Of a stretch of 64,000 bases of DNA, positions 1-8,376 are shown in pieces; the stretch's first letter is position 1, and every line of letters begins with the position of its first letter. The DNA lies in contig OZ024743.1 of assembly GCA_964016885.1 (NCBI GenBank), forward strand, positions 222,084,001 through 222,148,000. Direction: 5' to 3'. The notes beneath the pieces were generated by a model. It was not told the DNA's origin. It made no database searches and worked only from the letters and a program-made list of their open reading frames with translations. A program made the translations under genes and the position numbers. The stretch is from Eledone cirrhosa. Taxonomy: Eukaryota.

Positions 1-1539
1 CCAGGAAAAGTCAGTGGGCCTGCAGCTCGGCACCTGGAGAGGCAGGTCCATGCCGTCCAACAGCGTCGTCGGGCGCTGGACGGACGGACCGGTTAAATTG
101 CTAGGGGTCTGGTTCGGTCCGGACCTCCAGACGGACAAAAACTGGGACGAGGTGACGAGCAGGGTGGCTTCTCTCACCCAGAAATGGGCGGAGAGGAAGC
201 TATCCCTGAAAGGTCGAGCGGAGGTGGCTAACGCGTACATCGCGTCTGTCATCTGCTACCGCCTAACCGTCGTACCTTGTCCTAAGCCTCGCCTGACTGC
301 GCTGGAGCGTTTGCTCTTTCGCTTTTTGTGGAAGGGACGTGCTCCGATGGTCAGGCGGTCCATCTGTTGTCAACACCCGCTACGTGGAGGGCTGGGCATG
401 CCGTGGCTGATGATGCGCAGGCACGCGCTCAGGCTACGACATCTCCACCTCTTCCTCGACGGTGATCAGGTGTGGTCGCCGTTTGCTAGACGCGTTTTTC
501 CCCAGCTCGTTTCCTTGACGGAGCTGCAGTCCTGGGTCAAGCGAAGACCGAGAGGGAGCGCCTGGAGACTGGAATGTCTTCAGGCGCTCACAGCCCTCGA
601 CCAATCGGGCAATGTGATCGGTGGAAACTCCACCTCGGCGTTCTATAGAGGATTAGTGGAGGGGAAGAGCGACGACGTACTTGGGGAAACTCTAGGCGTC
701 GACGAAAATCAACTAGCCAATCTCTTCGGAAGAACTTTCGGGCCGGGGCCTATGGACAACTTCCAGAAATCTCTGGCCTGGCAGTGCTACCGAGGAGCCT
801 TGCCAGTTCGGGATAAACTCTACAGGCATGGAGGTGCCGTCAGCCGGGCATGTCCGAGATGCGCGAAGGGCGACGAAACCGTCCTGCACGCACTCGTCCA
901 GTGTCCGAAAATTGCTGACTTGTGGGTTTATGTCGAACACCTGCTGTCGCGTTTAGGACGGATCCAGCTATCATCTGAGTCTATCGTGAGGATTGCCCCG
1001 CCCTCCTCCTTTAGCCGGGAAGGGCAGGCAGTTTTTATCTGTCTGGTGGCCATGGCGAAAGAGATAGTATGGTGGACACGTTTGAAAGGGCTGAAGACGA
1101 GCACTTACCTCTTCGGTGATGCTCTCATTGACTTTTTCAAATTTCATTTGAAAAGGAAAATCAGAGTAGAGAGGGAAGTGCTCTCTTCCCAGCATTTTGT
1201 TGAAAGATGGGTGAGAGAAGCAAGAATGGCCCGAGTGAATGGGCCTACTCTGAGCATATATCTGTAAATTAAAGGTGGAAAACTGGGAGAGGGCACTTGC
1301 CTTGGTGGTCAGGGTCATTGTGGCTTTTTACTGGGCTTTCACCACAAATGTCCCTCCGAAGTCTCCCCCCTATTGGGGAATTTTTCATTGTTATTTTCAT
1401 TGTTATTTTTGTTACATCCTCTGTTTTTGTTTTTTTTACACGCAGAAATGCCCATTTGTACCGTCCTGCATTGTCCTGCACTGTCCTTAATGTCTACTTT
1501 ATGTAAACCCTTGTGGTTAATAAAGAAATCATTATTATT
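1..1539 (+). mobile_element. Tx1-like copy 0 (3' part; cut by window edge)
   Basis: ORF2 C-terminus and 3'UTR are near-identical to copies A-F; tail is (ATT)3 at 1531-1539. Confidence 0.93.
2..1267 (+). CDS. ORF2 C-terminal part (RT thumb and CCHC zinc finger), 5'-incomplete
   Basis: Open frame matching the end of the 1139 aa ORF2, including CPRC..ETVLHALVQC. Confidence 0.9.
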   Translation, partial: QEKSVGLQLGTWRGRSMPSNSVVGRWTDGPVKLLGVWFGPDLQTDKNWDEVTSRVASLTQKWAERKLSLKGRAEVANAYIASVICYRLTVVPCPKPRLTALERLLFRFLWKGRAPMVRRSICCQHPLRGGLGMPWLMMRRHALRLRHLHLFLDGDQVWSPFARRVFPQLVSLTELQSWVKRRPRGSAWRLECLQALTALDQSGNVIGGNSTSAFYRGLVEGKSDDVLGETLGVDENQLANLFGRTFGPGPMDNFQKSLAWQCYRGALPVRDKLYRHGGAVSRACPRCAKGDETVLHALVQCPKIADLWVYVEHLLSRLGRIQLSSESIVRIAPPSSFSREGQAVFICLVAMAKEIVWWTRLKGLKTSTYLFGDALIDFFKFHLKRKIRVEREVLSSQHFVERWVREARMARVNGPTLSIYL

Positions 1540-1761
1540 TGAGTCTCAGTCATTGATGTTATTTAACTGGAAAGTTTGTTGAAATGAATATCAAGCCACT
1601 ACCTGCAGCCTCAGATATTCAGGACGTATCGGAGGGTTCTTACTGTTCCCAGCAAGCATGCCTTTTGAAGTGTTCCAAAAAGCGGGGCGAGACCAATTTT
1701 CTTTAACTATCCTTGGAAACTATTTGAGATAGTACCTAGTGCGCCTATGACAATCGGGACC
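1540..1761 (-). mobile_element. 3' end fragment of an R4/Dong-like (restriction-like endonuclease) non-LTR retrotransposon
   Basis: Minus strand 1760-1611 translates VPIVIGALGTISNSFQG*LKKIGLAPLFGTLQKACLLGTVRTLRYVLNI*. The PIVIGALG...LQKA.LLGT motif is typical of R4-clade C-termini. A ~70 nt 3'UTR then runs into a (TAA) tail. Confidence 0.8.
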
Positions 1762-2025
1762 AGTATGTGTCTGTAAATTAAAGGTGGAAAACTGGAAGAG
1801 GGCATTTTCCCTGGTGGTCAGGGTTACTGTGGCTTTTTAATGGGCTTTCTCCACGAATGTCCCTCGGAAGTCTCCCCCGTATTGGGGATTTTTCAGTGTT
1901 ATTTTTTTGTTACATCCTCTGTTTTTGTTTTTTACACGCAGAAATGCCCATTTATACCGCCCTGTATTGTCCTGTACTGTCCTTAATGTCTACTTTATGT
2001 AAACCCTTATGGTTAATAAAGAAAG

Positions 2026-2077
<52 letters not shown>
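1762..2077 (+). mobile_element. Severely 5'-truncated Tx1-like copy (3'UTR plus (ATT)17 only)
   Basis: Matches the last ORF2 codons and the 3'UTR. Diagnostic bases (agtatgtgtctg, ccctggtgg, ccctcggaag) resemble copy H more than the adjacent young copies. Confidence 0.9.
2027..2077 (+). repeat. (ATT)17 junction tract
   Basis: Pure ATT repeat directly before GAATG, the 5' end of copy A. Confidence 0.95.
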
Positions 2078-2290
2078 GAATGCCATGGTTGACGGAGGCT
2101 CGGCTCTGTAAGGTATAGTAATTTTTAACCGTTAAAACAATTGTAAATTGTTTAAAACTTGAACCAAATTGTTGATAAAGACACCCTCCTCCTCGTGAGA
2201 GGGGTCTTTCTGTCCGTTATTTGGCCCTTCGGGGTTAAATAACCAGTTATTGGGGTTTTGTACCCAAAATTTCATTTTAAACAAAAAAAC

Positions 2291-4391
2291 ATGGCTACCA
2301 AAAAAAAAAAATTTCATACGTCACTCCCACTCATTCCGTCTTCTTCTTCCTCAATCATCACTACAGGAGAGAGAAGATTGTCTCTCTCCCTCCCTTCTTT
2401 AAATGTGTCTCTCTCCCTACCTTCTCTTTCGCAAGCGACGAAAGAAAAGAAAAGTCTCGTGCAAAGCGTGCAAGGTTTCTCCACGACGACGACGACAGCG
2501 ACGAAACAGGTGTGCGGGAAATACGAAAACCCAGTTCATTCGTCTGACGTCAGGAATAATAGCAGTAGCAGCCGTAATAACAACAGCAACAGTGACAATG
2601 AAAACAACAGTAGCAGCCGCAACAGCATCACCAGCAGCATAAACAACAACAGCATTAGCAGCAGCAACACCAACAACAACCACAGCAACAGCGGCGGAGG
2701 CAGTAGTCGTAGTACCTGCAGCAACAACAAAAGTACCAGCAGCTCTGACGACAACAACAACAGCAGAGAAAAACCAATCTCATTTGCAGGTATTGCGAAA
2801 AACCTGGAAACAATCCTCATAACAAATGAGGAATTAGAGGAAGCGAAGAAGATGGTGACAAAGAACGGACACCGAGCAATCTGCAAGGCAGCGAAAAATT
2901 TTTTTCGAAACCCAAGAGCACTGTACGGTCACGTACCGTACAGTAAGTACAAAATCCCGTAGGGTGGAAAGAGCCACAGAGGCCCAAATACAAAAAGCCT
3001 TGGGGTCTGTGTGGCAGAGGAAAACGCACATCACCCGAGGCAAAAAATACGCCACCGTAGACGTACTTTTTGCCACACCCCAGGAGGCAAAGGCCCAATC
3101 AGTAGTGACCCTAAGGAGCGAGGAAATGGTGTTGGTGCCCTCCTACTGCGGGCAAAAAATTGTGAGGGTCAAACTGACCCACGTCCCCCCCGGAATGACC
3201 CCTTCTTGGCTGGCCGCGTCTGTCCTCGTCGGAATCGAGGACAAAACAACTGTACTGCAAGTACAGAAAAAAGTAAGAGAAGATTGGGTCGGCTCCTCCA
3301 TTGAGATGCTAATCCAAACCAACCAGGAGTGCATCGAAGCTATCCCGGATGTGATAGACTTCGATAACGGCACTCAACTGCCCATAAGTGTTGAGGGCAA
3401 ACGCCCGAAATGCTTTCGCTGTGGATCGAAGACTCACCTCAGGGCCTTCTGCAACGAGAAGACCCTGAGAAAGGAGAAAACCCCCCTCCTCCCGAATCCG
3501 GTTCCACGGCTACCAGCAACAGGACAAGCGGCAACCAGGAACGATAGGTCCGTGGCACCCATACCCACTCCACGGAAATCAAAGACAGCAGCAGCAGTGG
3601 AAATATTAACAACAACAACAGCAATACCAAATGCAGCTGCAACAGAGACTCCAGTGCAAACATCACCAACAACAACAAGTGAAAGAGTGGAGCTGGTACC
3701 CCTCCCCGACCTTACAGAATCAGACATGGAGTGTGAGGTGGGAGAGGGATGGCAAAAGGTCTCAAGAAGGCACAAACGCAGAAGCAGCGCATCGTCGCCT
3801 TTGAAAAGGGAGGAAAGAAATGAGAAAAGGGTAAAGTCTACTGCAAAGAGACCCACAGCAGCAACACCACCAACACCATCACCACCCACACCAGCACCAC
3901 CATCACCACCGGCGACAACCCCACCGCCAACAACACCTTCAACACCACCACCACAAGCACCAACATCGCAAACACAACAACAAAACACACACACCCAGCA
4001 ACAACGACAAGAAAATAGCAGAACCACACCCCACCCCCAGAAAAACAAATGCACGGCAATAAACACACACAACAAGAAACTAATGACTTACATAATTGAA
4101 CACACAGACATTTCACAACAGGACTACATAATACCAGCACCAATCAAAACGCCAACTAACATAAGACTGCTAAAAATAGCACAGAAACAATACACAAACA
4201 TTAAAACGAAATTTCCCAACGCAGTTGGTGATTTCAGGGACCTAGGAGGAACCATTAATCGAAGAGTATATTCAGACATTCTCTTAGAAGAGCCGACGAC
4301 CAGCCGAAGGGACGATTCAACGGTCCCTTCACCAGACGATCAAGTGAAAAGGGATGTAAAAACCATCCCTCCTCTACCAAAAATACGGTAA
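2291..4391 (+). pseudogene. ORF1 (gag-like nucleic-acid-binding protein), +1 frameshift
   Basis: Extra T in the T-run at ~2899-2905 (7 T versus 6 in other copies) splits the ORF; this could be a homopolymer sequencing error. Knuckle CFRCGSKTHLRAFC is present. Confidence 0.8.
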
Positions 4392-4426
4392 GTGGTCTTT
4401 CCCATCTTTTCCACTCTATTTTAAAC

Positions 4427-7400
4427 ATGACCTCACTCAGAATAGGCAGCATAAATGCGCGTGGCTTGGGGTCGTCATGGAAGCAGGGTCACCTGCTCAA
4501 CGACCTCAGGTCACTAAACATAGATGTAGTGGCCATCAGCGAGACCAGAATCTCCGAAGCACGGGCCTTCGCACCGATCTTCGGCGGCTACGATGTGTAC
4601 GCATCTCCCAGCCGTCCTGGATCCGGTGGAGGAGTTGCTGTACTTTTTCGGAGAGGTTTGGATCTCGCCATACGGGCCATCTTCCTGGACCCAGAGGGTA
4701 AGCTGGTGGTGCTGGACGTGACCAGCGGAGACGGGCAAGCCTTCAGGCTAGTGGCCGTCTATGCCCCGACAGGAGCAGGGCGGCCTGATTTCTTCCGGCG
4801 TCTGGAGACCTTTCTTGGAACGTCCCGCTCTTTAGTGTTAGTGGGCGACTGGAACGGGATCTTAGATGCACGCTGGGACTGTGTGGGATTAGCGGATAGG
4901 GGTGGAGGGTGCAAGAGCCTCACCAACCTGCTCAGGCGTTTTGAACTGTCTGACAGGTACCGATTGGATTTCCCGAATGTGCCAATGTGGACTTGGACAA
5001 ACCGCATAGGGTCATCCAGATCATATCTAGATAGAGTATTTTGTAGGGAAATAGATAGGTCTAGCATAGGCTGTCCACAATTCAAGATAGTCAGCTACAC
5101 GGACCACAAATTCGTGATCTGTGTGCTTGACTTAGATAGGCTTCATAGACGAGGACCCGGCTACTGGAAGCTAAACGCGTCCTTACCAGCGCGCAAGGCC
5201 TACAGAGACCGGATTAGCGAACTAGTTAAGCGGGCGTTGACGGGGGCCATCGTCAACAACAAGTGGTGGTTTGCTCTGAAAAGAGCGATTAGAATAGAAT
5301 CGATTAGGTTTAGTAAGGCTTTAGCAATAGAGAAAAATAGAGCAGAGGGAGAACTAGTTAGAAAATTAGACGAGGCGCTTAGCAAAGGCATTGCGACCGA
5401 CGTGCTTGCGGCGAAATTGGCCCTTGACCAATTCTTCAATGCAAAGCACGAAGGCTGCGTTGTCAGAGCTAGGGTGCGTGCTCTCAGACACGAGGGGACG
5501 AAAGCCGTTCAATGGGCCCGAGTGGCGGAGGCGCGTCGTGGCAACAAAGCCACGATCCGGTCTTTGGTGGACCACGACGGGCGCATGCTACTCGATCCCG
5601 GGCAAATGTGTGAAACTTTTCAGCGACACTTCGCTCAGCTGTTCGGGGGCAGCGGGGGGCCGGGTAGAGGGATGGACTTTAGTGTCTACCTCGACGGGCT
5701 GCCGCGGCTCTCGGCCACTGAGGCGAGGTGTTGCGAAAAGCCGATAACAGCCGCTGAAGTACGGGAGGCAATGACTGGCTGCACAAGGGGTAAATCGCCT
5801 GGTTTGGATGGTCTGCCCTATGAACTTTACGTACAGATGCCAGACTTGTTCGGAGGCCTCTTGGCGGACGTCTACTGCAACTGGCAACAGAACGGGAGAA
5901 TTCCCAGTTCTGTGAGCCGAGGAGCGGTGGCACTGCTGAGAAAGGATCCGAACAAGGGGGATAACATAGACAATTTCCGGCCCATAACTCTGCTAAACAC
6001 AGAGTTTAAGATTTTGGCCAAGGTGCTAGCAAAGAGGTTGGCGCTTGTCGTTGGTGGTCTGGTGGGAGAGGCGCAGACATGCGCCATTCCCGACAGATCC
6101 ATCCACGACAACCTCCACCTCATGCGATACATCGTAGAGAGGGTAGCTAGGGAACCTGGCACGGGTGGGTCCTTGATCAATTTAGATCAGTCGAAAGCTT
6201 TCGATAGGGTCGACCATCGTTACCTAGCGGCAGTCCTGAGGGCGGCTGGCTTTGGGCCCGTCTTCAGAGGCTGGATCGCTGCCATGCACAGCGACATCTG
6301 CTCTGTGGTGAGAGTGAACGGTCACCTGTCGGAACCGTTCAACATCATGCGCTCGGTCCGCCAAGGATGTCCCCTCTCGTCCCTCTTGTACGTATTGACT
6401 CTCGAGCCATTACTGCACAAACTGGAGACGTTGAGGGGAGTCCCGCGCGAACTAGGATGCGGAAGATCCGTGTCAGCATATGCGGACGATGTCACCGTAG
6501 TGGTGTCGAACGCCAAACACATCGAGGCGATCGGCACTACACTAAGAGAATACGAAGCGGTGACAGGAGCAATGATCAACCAGGAAAAGTCAGTGGGCCT
6601 GCAGCTCGGCACCTGGAGAGGCAGGTCCATGCCGTCCAACAGCGTCGTCGGGCGCTGGACGGACGGACCGGTTAAATTGCTAGGGGTCTGGTTCGGTCCG
6701 GACCTCCAGACGGACAAAAACTGGGACGAGGTGACGAGCAGGGTGGCTTCTCTCACCCAGAAATGGGCGGAGAGGAAGCTATCCCTGAAAGGTCGAGCGG
6801 AGGTGGCTAACGCGTACATCGCGTCTGTCATCTGCTACCGCCTAACCGTCGTACCTTGTCCTAAGCCTCGCCTGACTGCGCTGGAGCGTTTGCTCTTTCG
6901 CTTTTTGTGGAAGGGACGTGCTCCGATGGTCAGGCGGTCCATCTGTTGTCAACACCCGCTACGTGGAGGGCTGGGCATGCCGTGGCTGATGATGCGCAGG
7001 CACGCGCTCAGGCTACGACATCTCCACCTCTTCCTCGACGGTGATCAGGTGTGGTCGCCGTTTGCTAGACGCGTTTTTCCCCAGCTCGTTTCCTTGACGG
7101 AGCTGCAGTCCTGGGTCAAGCGAAGACCGAGAGGGAGCGCCTGGAGACTGGAATGTCTTCAGGCGCTCACAGCCCTCGACCAATCGGGCAATGTGATCGG
7201 TGGAAACTCCACCTCGGCGTTCTATAGAGGATTAGTGGAGGGGAAGAGCGACGACGTACTTGGGGAAACTCTAGGCGTCGACGAAAATCAACTAGCCAAT
7301 CTCTTCGGAAGAACTTTCGGGCCAGGGCCTATGGACAACTTCCAGAAATCTCTGGCCTGGCAGTGCTACCGAGGAGCCTTGCCAGTTCGGGATAAACTCT

Positions 7401-7846
7401 ACAGGCATGGAGGTGCCGTCAGCCGGGCATGTCCGAGATGCGCGCAGGGCGACGAAACCGTCCTGCACGCACTCGTCCAGTGTCCGAAAATTGCTGACTT
7501 GTGGGTTTATGTCGAACACCTGCTGTCGCGTTTAGGACGGATCCAGCTATCATCTGAGTCCATCGTGAGGATTGCCCCGCCCTCCTCCTTTAGCCGGGAA
7601 GGGCAGGCAGTTTTTATCTGTCTGGTGGCCATGGCGAAAGAGATAGTATGGTGGACACGTTTGAAAGGGCTGAAGACGAGCACTTACCTCTTCGGTGATG
7701 CTCTGATTGACTTTTTCAAATTTCATTTGAAAAGGAAAATCAGAGTAGAGAGGGAAGTGCTCTCTTCCCAGCATTTTGTTGAAAGATGGGTGAGAGAAGC
7801 AAGAATGGCCCGAGTGAATGGGCCGACTCTGAGTATATATCTGTAA
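4427..7846 (+). CDS. ORF2: APE endonuclease + reverse transcriptase + CCHC zinc finger (1139 aa)
   Basis: APE motifs SINARG, ISETR, VYAP, GDWN, YLDRVF, TDH; L1/Tx1 linker GPGYWKLN; RT motifs KSPGLDG, FRPITLLN, LDQSKAFDRV, RQGCPLS, YADD; C-terminal CPRC..H...C. Confidence 0.96.
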   Translation: MTSLRIGSINARGLGSSWKQGHLLNDLRSLNIDVVAISETRISEARAFAPIFGGYDVYASPSRPGSGGGVAVLFRRGLDLAIRAIFLDPEGKLVVLDVTSGDGQAFRLVAVYAPTGAGRPDFFRRLETFLGTSRSLVLVGDWNGILDARWDCVGLADRGGGCKSLTNLLRRFELSDRYRLDFPNVPMWTWTNRIGSSRSYLDRVFCREIDRSSIGCPQFKIVSYTDHKFVICVLDLDRLHRRGPGYWKLNASLPARKAYRDRISELVKRALTGAIVNNKWWFALKRAIRIESIRFSKALAIEKNRAEGELVRKLDEALSKGIATDVLAAKLALDQFFNAKHEGCVVRARVRALRHEGTKAVQWARVAEARRGNKATIRSLVDHDGRMLLDPGQMCETFQRHFAQLFGGSGGPGRGMDFSVYLDGLPRLSATEARCCEKPITAAEVREAMTGCTRGKSPGLDGLPYELYVQMPDLFGGLLADVYCNWQQNGRIPSSVSRGAVALLRKDPNKGDNIDNFRPITLLNTEFKILAKVLAKRLALVVGGLVGEAQTCAIPDRSIHDNLHLMRYIVERVAREPGTGGSLINLDQSKAFDRVDHRYLAAVLRAAGFGPVFRGWIAAMHSDICSVVRVNGHLSEPFNIMRSVRQGCPLSSLLYVLTLEPLLHKLETLRGVPRELGCGRSVSAYADDVTVVVSNAKHIEAIGTTLREYEAVTGAMINQEKSVGLQLGTWRGRSMPSNSVVGRWTDGPVKLLGVWFGPDLQTDKNWDEVTSRVASLTQKWAERKLSLKGRAEVANAYIASVICYRLTVVPCPKPRLTALERLLFRFLWKGRAPMVRRSICCQHPLRGGLGMPWLMMRRHALRLRHLHLFLDGDQVWSPFARRVFPQLVSLTELQSWVKRRPRGSAWRLECLQALTALDQSGNVIGGNSTSAFYRGLVEGKSDDVLGETLGVDENQLANLFGRTFGPGPMDNFQKSLAWQCYRGALPVRDKLYRHGGAVSRACPRCAQGDETVLHALVQCPKIADLWVYVEHLLSRLGRIQLSSESIVRIAPPSSFSREGQAVFICLVAMAKEIVWWTRLKGLKTSTYLFGDALIDFFKFHLKRKIRVEREVLSSQHFVERWVREARMARVNGPTLSIYL

Positions 7847-8106
7847 ACTAAAGGTGGAAAACTGGGAGAGGGCACTTGCCTTGGTGGTCAGGGTCATTGT
7901 GGCTTTTTACTGGGCTTTCTCCACAAATGTCCCTCCGAAGTCTCCCCCCTATTGGGGAATTTTTCATTGTTATTTTCATTGTTATTTTTGTTACATCCTC
8001 TGTTTTTGTTTTTTTACACGCAGAAATGCCCATTTGTACCGTCCTGCATTGTCCTGCACTGTCCTTAATGTCTACTTTATGTAAACCCTTGTGGTTAATA
8101 AAGAAA

Positions 8107-8108
<2 letters not shown>

Positions 8109-8159
<51 letters not shown>
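8109..8159 (+). repeat. (ATT)17 junction tract
   Basis: Pure ATT repeat between copies A and B. Confidence 0.95.
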
Positions 8160-8376
8160 GAATGCTATGGTTGACGGAGGCTCGGCTCTGTAAGGTACTG
8201 TAAATTTTGAACGCTTTAACAATTGTAAATTGTTTAAAACTTAGACCAACTTGTAGACAAAAACACCCTCCTCCTCGTGAGAGGGGTCTTTCTGCCCGTT
8301 ATTTGGCCCTTCGGGGTTAAATAACTGCTTATTGGGGGTTTGTACCCAATATTTATTTTAAACAAAAAAAAACAAC

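Larger units (their letters stand above)
2078..8159 (+). mobile_element. Tx1-like copy A, full length (5'UTR type alpha)
   Basis: Starts GAATGCCATGG; has ORF1, ORF2, 3'UTR and (ATT)17. Confidence 0.95.

Noticed and set aside
2180-2270. TCCTCGT resembling the L3 loop of HDV-like ribozymes in the 5'UTR
   Set aside because: I could not build P1, P1.1 or a convincing J4/2 by eye, and a simple GNRA hairpin explains the segment. A covariance-model search would be needed to revisit it.
2536-4143. Long antisense ORFs over ORF1 (poly-Leu 116-179 aa, Gly/Val-rich 213 aa), repeated in each copy
   Set aside because: They are the expected stop-poor mirror of AAC/AGC/ACC-rich low-complexity coding. Recurrence only reflects copy identity.
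4427-7846. Prokaryotic RT system (retron, group II intron, DGR), LTR element or CRISPR-like array
   Set aside because: APE-RT-zinc finger architecture with an upstream knuckle ORF1 is diagnostic of L1/Tx1 LINEs. There are no LTRs, integrase or repeat-spacer units.
7848-8222. Small ORFs in 3'UTRs and across junctions with poly-Leu or poly-Asn
   Set aside because: These are translations of (ATT)n, and their frames change between copies with T-run length.
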